From the NCBI GenBank assembly GCA_024398475.1, contig JAKSJB010000005.1, positions 2,182 through 66,181 on the forward strand: a DNA stretch of 64,000 nt. The letters run 5' to 3'. This stretch comes from Bacteroidaceae bacterium. GTDB taxonomy: Bacteria; Bacteroidota; Bacteroidia; Bacteroidales; Bacteroidaceae. Positions 46,899 through 54,847 of the stretch are shown in pieces. A program made the translations under genes and the position numbers. Position 1 is the stretch's first letter, and each line of letters starts with the position of its first letter. The notes beneath the pieces are model-generated. The model was not told the DNA's origin. It was given only the letters and a program-made list of their open reading frames with translations, and did no database searches.

Positions 46899-46982
46899 TC
46901 AACTTTCGCAAGTTTCTGACTTGCTCAGTTTCTTTCAGTAGATCAGGAGTTAAAGGGAGTTATGGGAGTTAAAGGCTTTGGA
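46899..46982 (-). repeat. partial leader-repeat element (3' module, reverse orientation)
   Basis: TCAACTTTCGCAAGTTTCTGACTTGCTCAGTTTC...CAGGAGTTAAAGGGAGTTA is the reverse complement of the 3' ends of 14661-14967 and 26461-26715. Confidence 0.8.
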
Positions 46983-47066
46983 TAGATGATTTACCTTCAT
47001 TCTTTTATACTGCATGCATCATACAATACAATACTTTTTGTTGACAAAAATCGTTAAAAACATTAC

Positions 47067-47115
47067 TTATTCGACAAAATTACCTAGGAAACGCGTTCTT
47101 ATTCGACAAAATTAC
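47067..47115 (+). promoter_or_regulatory. two direct copies of TTATTCGACAAAATTAC upstream of fic
   Basis: The copies at 47067-47083 and 47099-47115 start 32 nt apart. The second abuts a TATTTTTG -7 box (47117-47124), 19 nt upstream of ATG 47143. Confidence 0.6.
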
Positions 47116-47142
47116 TTATTTTTGCAGAAAATTTAATTCTTA

Positions 47143-48618
47143 ATGGAAAAAAAATCTTCTGTTTCAACAATAAGAGAGGTTGTGATGGCTACATCAGACA
47201 AAAGTCTCTCTGCCGAAATAACAGCAATGCAGAAAGAAGGTACAATTCGTAAGATTGCGCCAAAGGTTTATACTACCAACATGGATGATGAAGCTGAAGC
47301 AATAATACGCAGAAATATATACTTCATACTGGGTCAGCTATATCCTCAGGCTGTCATAAGTCACCGTTCTGCATTTGAGTTGAAACCAACTGAAGAAGGT
47401 GACATATTCCTTACCTATACATATACGAAAAACATCAATCTTCCAGGGGTGAAAGTACACCTTCAGGAAGGACCGAAAGGAACAGACAGGGATATGCCTT
47501 TCATTGAGAATCTGTTTATTTCAAGTACGGAAAGACGAATGCTTGAAAACCTTCAGCCTGCAAGAACAAGAGGGGGCGTTTCAAAATGCTTACCTCGGAC
47601 ATTTGTGGAAGATCAACTTGAACGGATACTTCAAGTGAATGGTGAAAGAGGTATCAACAAGTTCCGTGACAATGCTCGCAGCATGGCTGATGCATTGGGT
47701 ATGCAAAAGGAATTTGACATTCTGAATTCTATCATCAGTGCTCTGCTAACAACAAAACCAAGCAACATCCTTTCTTCCAAGTTAGCAGTTGCCAGGGCAA
47801 TGGGCAGTCCGTATGATGTAGAGCGTTACAGATTATTCGGCACTTTATTTGATGCCTTGCACAATCAATCCTTTGCTGATATTGATGAACCAAATCAGAC
47901 TACAACTGAGTTTCGTAATTTTGCTTTCTTTGAGAGCTACTTTTCCAATTATATTGAAGGAACCGAGTTTGAGATAGAGGATGCTTGGCACATTATTGAG
48001 ACAGGAAAACCGATGCCGGCACGCAATGCTGATTCTCATGATGTATTGGGTACTTTCCAGATTGTTGCAAGCCGAAGAGAAATGCAGAGAATACCATCTT
48101 CCTGTGACGAACTTATTGACATTTTACAGGAACGTCATCGTCTAATGATGTCTGCACGACCAGAGAAAGATCCCGGTATGTTCAAGATGCTGAACAATCA
48201 TGCCGGTGACTCACATTTTGTTGATTGCACCCTTGTTCGTGGAACTCTGAAAAAAGGCTACGAATACTATCAGGCTCTGGAACATCCTTTTGCCCGTGCC
48301 TTATTCATGCTTTTTATGATAAGCGAGGTGCATCCATTCAATGACGGCAATGGTCGTATATCAAGAATAATGATGAATGCAGAAATGGTTCATGCAGACC
48401 AAGCAAAGATAATCATTCCTACAGTATTCCGTGAAGACTATCTTAATGCTCTCCGTCGCCTGACAAGAAAGGGCGATTCTACAGTATTGCTTCGTGCTAT
48501 GTCCAGAGCACGGCTTTTCAGTTCAAAGATTAGCGGTGATGACTTTGAAACAACAAAAATATTCCTTGAAAGCTGCAATGCATTCAAGGATAATGAAGGC
48601 TATATTTTGAAGTTTTAA
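47143..48618 (+). CDS. Fic-domain protein (class II, self-inhibited) with wHTH-like N-terminal region
   Basis: The Fic motif HPFNDGNGRISR lies at 48331-48366. The inhibitory-helix motif SNYIEG, matching (S/T)xxxE(G/N), lies at 47944-47961. The N-terminus (EGTIRKIAPKVYT) is reminiscent of the AbiEi-type wHTH. Confidence 0.9.
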   Translation: MEKKSSVSTIREVVMATSDKSLSAEITAMQKEGTIRKIAPKVYTTNMDDEAEAIIRRNIYFILGQLYPQAVISHRSAFELKPTEEGDIFLTYTYTKNINLPGVKVHLQEGPKGTDRDMPFIENLFISSTERRMLENLQPARTRGGVSKCLPRTFVEDQLERILQVNGERGINKFRDNARSMADALGMQKEFDILNSIISALLTTKPSNILSSKLAVARAMGSPYDVERYRLFGTLFDALHNQSFADIDEPNQTTTEFRNFAFFESYFSNYIEGTEFEIEDAWHIIETGKPMPARNADSHDVLGTFQIVASRREMQRIPSSCDELIDILQERHRLMMSARPEKDPGMFKMLNNHAGDSHFVDCTLVRGTLKKGYEYYQALEHPFARALFMLFMISEVHPFNDGNGRISRIMMNAEMVHADQAKIIIPTVFREDYLNALRRLTRKGDSTVLLRAMSRARLFSSKISGDDFETTKIFLESCNAFKDNEGYILKF

Positions 48619-48625
48619 TTTTTGT

Positions 48626-48674
48626 TTATTCGACAAAATTACCCCAATAAGCCGTAGTTATTCGACAAAATCAC
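48626..48674 (+). repeat. two more copies of the TTATTCGACAAAAT(T/C)AC motif downstream of fic
   Basis: The copies at 48626-48642 and 48658-48674 again start 32 nt apart. They are followed by AATTTTTGTCAG, which resembles the upstream TATTTTTGCAG. Confidence 0.7.
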
Positions 48675-48737
48675 CAATTTTTGTCAGATTTTCAAAGTAT
48701 ATTGGAAAAAACACGATGGTTTTCTCTATGTATGGGG

Positions 48738-50132
48738 CTATTCTATCTGCCCTACCCTTTCGATTCCGTACTTCTTCAGGGAGCTTTTGGTGGTATCGAT
48801 ATACAGAAGCAATTCATCGAATGCCAGATATGTCTTATTGTCCATCTGCATGATGCCGACATTGTCGCCGAACTTCAGTTTTTGGATTCCTTCATTGATG
48901 TCGCGCGGCACCTTATAGTATTCTCCTTCGTTTTCGGAAAGGATATAGAGGTGTGTCTGGGTGATGGCATATAATCCGGGACGGAGTTCATATTCATAGT
49001 TTTCAAACGGTTTGACGGTCTTCATGGTTCGGAACCAGTTGTCATAACATTCCGATACGGAGGATTCGGTTATGCGGGTGAGGTTCATCTGCATGTTCCA
49101 GGACTTTGACGGCAGCACTCGCTTGAACGGCATAGTTTCGAGATTCAGGACCGAAGGCATATCCGTTATATACCAGCAATGGTCTGAGTCGGCATAATCA
49201 AGTCCCTTTATTCTATGCATGATTGCTTTCGGGTGTACTATATAGGCTATAAGTCTTCCGTCGGCTGATTCCAACATGAACAAGGTGTAGCGGATTCCTG
49301 TCAGGTTGTTGTCGGAGTCCTTATGCCAATGTGTGGCGAAATAACAGCCGCCATCCAATGTATTCTCGATTTTCCAGAAATCAGAGAATTTAAGTTTTCC
49401 ATCGCATTCATTCCAATACCCCTCTATGTCAAAATCAATCAGGTTCTGCTTCATTTCGGTAGAGGTGGAATAGATGTTGCCTGAATCAAAAAAGGCTTCG
49501 TAGGTATCAAGGATGTTTGTTACGTGATACAGCAGCATCAGTCGGGATTTGTGTTGCTCGTTGCGTGCCTTGGTGATGACTGGCAATTCAGAAAAGATTG
49601 TTTCGCCATCTGTAAACTTCTCCAACAAGGAAAGTACAGTCATGAAATCCTGTGAAATGTTTTCGACATCACCACCCTTTGAATCATATCCAGGAATGAT
49701 CTTAAGCAAAAGCAGCAAAAGGAACGGGATACTTATGCCTTGCTGTATTGCCATTTCATATATTTCACATTTCTTTCGTGCAACACTTTCTATACGTTGA
49801 GGCAGATAAATATACCGCAACAGTTCCAATGCCACATCTGCAGGATTACTTCTTCGGGCAAGATTACTGCGGTAGAATTCCCAGGCAGTCCTATATTGCT
49901 GAAGCAGGATGTCAAGACCGATGTAGTCATCTGTCATCAACGAGACTTCAACCTTGAGGTCATGGTATGCAGCACGCATTTTCTGAGGGGATTTCAGACA
50001 TCGCTTTATTCCATTGGAATGAATGGAATGATTGTCCATTACCGATTCCATTTCTTCCATGGAATTGTATATGAGGCGGGTGTTGACAATCGTTGTCAGC
50101 CATTCCTCGAATTTTCTTGAATCTTCCTGCAT
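48738..50132 (-). CDS. hypothetical protein (464 aa)
   Basis: This is a long ORF with ordinary composition, convergent with fic. No motif was recognised. Confidence 0.65.
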   Translation of the reverse strand: MQEDSRKFEEWLTTIVNTRLIYNSMEEMESVMDNHSIHSNGIKRCLKSPQKMRAAYHDLKVEVSLMTDDYIGLDILLQQYRTAWEFYRSNLARRSNPADVALELLRYIYLPQRIESVARKKCEIYEMAIQQGISIPFLLLLLLKIIPGYDSKGGDVENISQDFMTVLSLLEKFTDGETIFSELPVITKARNEQHKSRLMLLYHVTNILDTYEAFFDSGNIYSTSTEMKQNLIDFDIEGYWNECDGKLKFSDFWKIENTLDGGCYFATHWHKDSDNNLTGIRYTLFMLESADGRLIAYIVHPKAIMHRIKGLDYADSDHCWYITDMPSVLNLETMPFKRVLPSKSWNMQMNLTRITESSVSECYDNWFRTMKTVKPFENYEYELRPGLYAITQTHLYILSENEGEYYKVPRDINEGIQKLKFGDNVGIMQMDNKTYLAFDELLLYIDTTKSSLKKYGIERVGQIE

Positions 50133-50156
50133 AGTTGTACGTTTTATTTAAGCATG

Positions 50157-50310
50157 TCAGGAGTTAAAGGGAGTTAAAGGAGTTAAGCTTTGGTTACCAA
50201 AGGCCGTTAGCTATTAGCCATTGGCCATTTGCTTTTCAGCTACATCTCTATTACTTAACTACTGTCTCCTGACTAATTTTCTACTAAAAGTTAAGCCCAG
50301 CGAAACTCGA
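50157..50310 (-). repeat. leader repeat element, copy 3 (reverse orientation, lacks the central hairpin units)
   Basis: Its reverse complement reads TCGAGTTTCGCTGGGCTTAACTTTTAGTAGAAAATTAGTCAGGAGACAGTAGTTAAGTA...CTAACGGCC...TTAACTCC. It fills the space between the -7 box and ATG 50132. Confidence 0.8.
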
Positions 50311-50326
50311 ATTTTATTATCCGGCA

Positions 50327-50334
50327 CAAAGATA
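50327..50334 (-). promoter_or_regulatory. -7 box TATCTTTG driving the 464-aa gene through the repeat leader
   Basis: This is an exact TAnnTTTG on the minus strand, about 20 nt upstream of the AGTTTCGCTGGGC start of the element. Copy 1 has the same geometry. Confidence 0.5.
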
Positions 50335-50815
50335 TATAATTATTGAAATAGGACAAACTCTACATATAAAAATTAATAAAACAGGATGCATTTTTGTTAG
50401 CATTTCGTATTATATTACACATTCCACGCAATTATCTAATATTTCAGCAAAAAATCGCAATGAATATTTTACGAATACTTTATGAGTTCATATCTTTGCC
50501 ACAAAATAAATATGAGAATTTGAAAATTAAGAAAGACGACGGGTTTCTGGAAAAGCCTATTATTTATGTGAAATGTGAGTAGGATGAGAAGGGCATTGGT
50601 TGCATATCTTGAAGAAGAAGGTATAAAAGCCAAGGTGGAAGACGGACAGGAAGAGTTTGAATACAACCGATGTTCCTTCTGCGTGGATTTCATTTTATTA
50701 AGAGCCATTCATTGGAGCGTTCCTTTGAGTGGCTTTTTTTTCATCACATCATACCTTTCCGAATTATATCGTCACTTTTTATTTGCATTCAGGTTGTTGT
50801 TACGATATTTATTTG

Positions 50816-50823
50816 TAATTTTG
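50816..50823 (+). promoter_or_regulatory. -7 box TAATTTTG
   Basis: This is an exact TAnnTTTG, 22 nt upstream of ATG 50845. It argues against the longer 50575 start. Confidence 0.5.
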
Positions 50824-50844
50824 CAGCAAATTAATCAACAAACA

Positions 50845-52857
50845 ATGAATAGTTTCAACAACAATGGGGTGGCTCGGAAAAATCTGCAAAAGTCCAAGAT
50901 TGCGAATGCCACTGGTTCTCAGAAAAATTCTAAGGGTGCAACATCTGCCAACAAGGGCAAGGCTGTGTTTCTGCCGGGAAACATGAAATGGCTGTCGAGC
51001 GTTGCTGTTCCGGTTCTCTTTGCCTTGTATGCTTTCTTCATGCTGGCTTTCAGGAATGCAGACTATCTTTATGCCTGTCAGGAGCGTTCCATTTTCATTT
51101 TCGATTCTTCGTTCCTCGACATGATGCTTCAGCAACCGGGTGGATTCCTCATGTGGCTGGGCTGTTTCTTCACTCAGTTCTTCTATATTCCTTGGTTGGG
51201 CTCCTTGTTCCTCATTGTGATGTGGGCTGTGATATATTTCCTGACCGTCAGGACTTTCCGCATCAGCAGTCCGTTCCACTCCGTGGGTCTGATTATCCCA
51301 GCTGCCCTTCTGTGTTCGGTGATCGGTATCGGTTACTGGTTGTATTACGTGAAATCAAGCGGTTACTGGTTTACCGGTTCTATCGGTATCATGCTGATGT
51401 TTGCTGCCTTGCTGCTGTATTCGCGTATCGGGAACAGGTGGGTAAGATTGACTTGGATGGCTGTCTGGGCTATCGGTGGCTATGTGGCTTTTGGCTGGTA
51501 TGCTCTTTTGGGTGTCGTCTGCATGTGTGTGGGAGAGGGCAGATTTGCCAGGGAAAGGGCCAACGGCGACGATGCTGCGGATGGCGGCATGAAACTATTG
51601 GCTTACATCGTGGGGGCTTTGCTCGTCATCGGTGTTCCTGTCGTTGCCTACCAATGCTACAGCAAGATGAACTTCAATCTTGCGTGGCTGGCAGCATTGC
51701 CTGTATTCCAGGTTGACGGATATGTATCGTATCTTCATGAAAATCCTTTCATCATCGTTGCTGTGGTTTCGGTCCTTCTGTGTCTGATTCCTATGAAGAC
51801 GAAATGGGAGGATATACGCAGGTCTTCTGCTGCCGAAGTGGGTATCCTGTTTCTCAATTCGTTCATTGCCATAATGATTGCGGTGTTTGTGCTGTCGTGG
51901 AATTTCGACGATGAAAACTTTCACGCGGAACTGCGTACCTACAAGGCTATTGATGAGGGTAGATGGAATGATGCTCTCGACGAGGTGGGAAGCATGAAGA
52001 CTGCTCCTACGCGCGAAATCGTTATTCTGCGTAATATAGCTCTCATGAACGAGGGTAAACTCGGTTCTTCGATGTTCAAGTACGACAACAAGAGTATTCC
52101 TCCTGCTACTGATGACTCCCTGCAGGTTCACATGGTGCAGACGAACGGACCGCTGACTTACCTGAACTACGGACGCACGAACTTTGCTACGCGCTGGTGT
52201 ATTGAGAACAGCGTGGAACATGGTTTCAACATTGACAGTTACAAGATTCTGCTTCGGTGTGCCTTGGTGAACGGTGAGTATGACTTGGCTCAGAAGTACA
52301 TCGACATCATGAAGAAGACTCTGTACTACAGGGACTGGGCTGAAAAGTATGAGGCTGTAAACGGTGACAGCATTAAGATTTCCAAACTGCCGGGAATGGA
52401 GTCGGTACATGAACTGCACAACAACTTCAGGTCTATTCTCGACGGTGACGAGGGTCTGATTGAAATATATCTGCTGGGATATTTCTCGCACACGCACAAC
52501 AAGGACAGCAAACTGCTGACGGACGTGACTACGGCTTATTCCCTCATCAGCAAGGACATTCAGTTGTTCTGGCCTCAGTTCTTCCTCTATGCTTCTCTGC
52601 ATGCCAAGGAACAGATGCCTATCCACTATCAGGAAGCGGCATTCCTTTATGGCAACCTTGAGCATCAGGTGGATATTTCGGGTATGCCTTTCGATCAGGA
52701 GTTGGTGGTGAACCGCTACAACAGTTTCCAGCAGATGTCTCAGTCGTATCTGCGGCAGGGCATGACTTCCGAACAGGTGGGAGAGGCTATGCGTCCTATG
52801 TATGGTGACACGTTCTGGTGGTTCTATTTCTTCGCAAGGAACATTCAATCATACTAA
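50845..52857 (+). CDS. large polytopic membrane protein (DUF6057-like, recalled)
   Basis: It has about 10 hydrophobic segments in the N-terminal half and a soluble TPR-like C-terminal half. Confidence 0.6.
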   Translation: MNSFNNNGVARKNLQKSKIANATGSQKNSKGATSANKGKAVFLPGNMKWLSSVAVPVLFALYAFFMLAFRNADYLYACQERSIFIFDSSFLDMMLQQPGGFLMWLGCFFTQFFYIPWLGSLFLIVMWAVIYFLTVRTFRISSPFHSVGLIIPAALLCSVIGIGYWLYYVKSSGYWFTGSIGIMLMFAALLLYSRIGNRWVRLTWMAVWAIGGYVAFGWYALLGVVCMCVGEGRFARERANGDDAADGGMKLLAYIVGALLVIGVPVVAYQCYSKMNFNLAWLAALPVFQVDGYVSYLHENPFIIVAVVSVLLCLIPMKTKWEDIRRSSAAEVGILFLNSFIAIMIAVFVLSWNFDDENFHAELRTYKAIDEGRWNDALDEVGSMKTAPTREIVILRNIALMNEGKLGSSMFKYDNKSIPPATDDSLQVHMVQTNGPLTYLNYGRTNFATRWCIENSVEHGFNIDSYKILLRCALVNGEYDLAQKYIDIMKKTLYYRDWAEKYEAVNGDSIKISKLPGMESVHELHNNFRSILDGDEGLIEIYLLGYFSHTHNKDSKLLTDVTTAYSLISKDIQLFWPQFFLYASLHAKEQMPIHYQEAAFLYGNLEHQVDISGMPFDQELVVNRYNSFQQMSQSYLRQGMTSEQVGEAMRPMYGDTFWWFYFFARNIQSY

Positions 52858-52874
52858 AAACGCTGGCGCGTTTT
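52857..52874 (+). terminator. stop-codon-proximal mini hairpin module
   Basis: The module AAAACGC-TGGC-GCGTTTT recurs at 58847-58865 and, in degenerate form, at 55582-55598. Confidence 0.4.
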
Positions 52875-53003
52875 AAGTGAAAAGTGAAAAGTAATCAGGG
52901 GAAACGCAAAAGGCTTCGCCTACGCAAATGCTAACGCAAACCCTAACGCAAACGCAAAAGGGGGAAACGCAAACGAAAACGCAAATGCTAATGGCTAATG
53001 GCC
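52873..53003. repeat. mosaic word-repeat block (GTGAAAA, AACGCAA, CTAATGG words)
   Basis: Its first 52 nt (52873-52924) are identical to 54641-54692. Confidence 0.85.
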
Positions 53004-53036
53004 AAAAGCCTATTAAATATAAAAAAAGGAAAGATA

Positions 53037-54644
53037 ATGAAATACAGTAAGATCAACAGAATAGTGAGCGGAATGGGAGTATGCATGCTCCTGCTCGTAT
53101 GTATCATGGCAAGTTGCACAAGCCATCCTTCGGTACCACAAAACTATACTCAGGAAAAGGGAAAACCGGAAATCTATCCAGACTATACTGACGTGGTGGT
53201 TCCGCCTAACATTGCACCGCTCAATTTTGCGATGAGGGACATCGACAACATCGTTGCCCGTTTCACTTACGGCAGTACATCCGTAACCTACGGAGAGGGA
53301 AGGAAGGTGCTGATTGACGAGGAGGAATGGAAGGAACTGCTCGGTGAAGCCAAGGGGGGCGACATTAAGGTGGAGGTGTTTGCCGAAAAGGACGGTAAAT
53401 GGAAGGCTTACAAGCCGTTCTGCATCTCTGTTGCCGAAGAGGAGATTGACCCTTACATTTCCTACCGACTGATATTTCCGTCATACGTGGCTTACGAGAT
53501 GCTGAACATCTGTCAGCGCGACCTTACTGGCTTTGAGGAGAAGGATATCTACACTAACACTCTCGTACAGACCGAAAGCAACGGTCAATGTATCAACTGT
53601 CACTCTTATCAGAACTACAAGACTGACAACATACAGTTTCACATGCGTCAGGGTTTAGGCGGTACGATGATTCTGCATGACGGCAAACTTACGAAGATCA
53701 ACATGAAGAACGACTCGGTGCTGAGTGCGGGTGTTTATCCTTCATGGCACCCTGAACTGCCTCTTATCGCTTATTCCACTAACCATACCGGACAGTCGTT
53801 CCACACAAGGGACAGGGCTAAGATTGAGGTGCAGGACACGGAAAGTGATCTGATTCTCTATGACGTGGAAAAGAACGAAGTGACTACCATCAGCGGACTG
53901 CCTGAAGAACTGGAGTGTTTCCCTTGGTGGTCACCTGAGGGCGACATGCTGTATTTCGGTTCGGCTCATTTCGTATATCAGGACACCGTTCCTCATGCTA
54001 CGGAAATCATTCACCGATTCAAGGAGGTGAAATACAATATCTACCGCAAGTCGTTTGACCGCAGGACGAATACGTTCGGAGAGACTGAACTCGTTTATGA
54101 TGCTGCTGCCAACAACATGAGTGCAAGTTTCCCTCGCATCAGTCCCGACGGAAAGTATCTGCTCACGGCAATGGGTGAGTTCGGTTGCTTCCATGTATGG
54201 CACCCTGATGCCGACCTCTACATGATGGATATGAAGACCGGGAAGATGCGTAAACTGGAAAACGTGAACAGCAACTGTGCTGAAAGTTATCACTCATGGT
54301 CGAGCAACAGTAGATGGATTATGTATATCAGCCGACGTGATGACAACAACTTCTCACGCCTGTACTTTGCCTATATTGACAGAAACGGTAAGGCTCACAA
54401 GGCTTTTGAGCTGCCTCAGCGCGATCCTGACTTCTACACATATTTCATGAGGAGTTACAACGTTCCTGAATTCATGAAGGAACCTGTAAAGGTGACGCCT
54501 CAGGAGTTTGCCGCTGCTGCAAGGAAAGATGCGGTTGATGCTACTTACAGGCCTACTGGTAAGGGAATGGGTATGCAACCTGCACTTACCGAACCGGTTG
54601 TTGGTGATTCGGTGGAAGCAAAAGCCAAAAGCCAAGGGCTTTAA
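53037..54644 (+). CDS. lipoprotein with CxxCH motif and TolB/PD40-like beta-propeller region
   Basis: The lipobox is IMASC. CINCH lies at 53589-53603. The C-terminal half has PD40-like repeats (SPDGKYL.., WSSNSRWIMY). I chose the start at ATG 53037. Confidence 0.6.
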   Translation: MKYSKINRIVSGMGVCMLLLVCIMASCTSHPSVPQNYTQEKGKPEIYPDYTDVVVPPNIAPLNFAMRDIDNIVARFTYGSTSVTYGEGRKVLIDEEEWKELLGEAKGGDIKVEVFAEKDGKWKAYKPFCISVAEEEIDPYISYRLIFPSYVAYEMLNICQRDLTGFEEKDIYTNTLVQTESNGQCINCHSYQNYKTDNIQFHMRQGLGGTMILHDGKLTKINMKNDSVLSAGVYPSWHPELPLIAYSTNHTGQSFHTRDRAKIEVQDTESDLILYDVEKNEVTTISGLPEELECFPWWSPEGDMLYFGSAHFVYQDTVPHATEIIHRFKEVKYNIYRKSFDRRTNTFGETELVYDAAANNMSASFPRISPDGKYLLTAMGEFGCFHVWHPDADLYMMDMKTGKMRKLENVNSNCAESYHSWSSNSRWIMYISRRDDNNFSRLYFAYIDRNGKAHKAFELPQRDPDFYTYFMRSYNVPEFMKEPVKVTPQEFAAAARKDAVDATYRPTGKGMGMQPALTEPVVGDSVEAKAKSQGL

Positions 54645-54836
54645 GTGAAAAGTGAAAAGTAATCAGGGGAAACGCAAAAGGCTTCGCCTACGAAAACGAT
54701 AACGCAAACGAAAACGCAAACGCAAAAGGCTTGTTGACTTGTTGACTCGTAGACATGTTGACTCCAAAAAAGACTTGTTGACTCGTAGACTTGTTGACTC
54801 CAAAAAAGACTTGTTGACTTGTTGACTCGTAGACTC
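54641..54836. repeat. mosaic word-repeat block ending in three CTYGTWGA arrays
   Basis: The 52-nt block is identical to 52873-52924. AACGCAA words follow, and then three units at 54730-54836, each ending in an A-run (CTCCAAAAAAGA or CTCAAAAAAAAGA). Confidence 0.85.
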
Positions 54837-54847
54837 AAAAAAAAGAT

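Noticed and set aside
48681-48974. 97-aa plus-strand ORF just downstream of the duplicated fic promoter-like module.
   Set aside because: It lies antisense within the 3' end of the 464-aa gene and has an unremarkable sequence. It is kept only as a possible antisense transcript in the fic finding, not as a CDS.
50575-50844. N-terminal 90-codon extension of the membrane-protein ORF (track start 50575).
   Set aside because: A TAATTTTG -7 box at 50816-50823 lies inside the extension, 22 nt upstream of ATG 50845. The extension sequence is AT-rich leader-like.
51595-52848. 417-aa minus-strand ORF and 242-aa plus-strand alternative-frame ORF (50988-51716).
   Set aside because: These are antisense or off-frame to the 670-aa membrane protein, whose TM pattern and promoter box support the chosen frame.
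54730-54836. CRISPR array considered for the tandem word repeats here and at 27618-27737, 30635-30669 and 36081-36158.
   Set aside because: The repeat units are only 7-8 nt (higher-order units 36-44 nt), with no unique spacers of 25-40 nt and no cas genes in the window.
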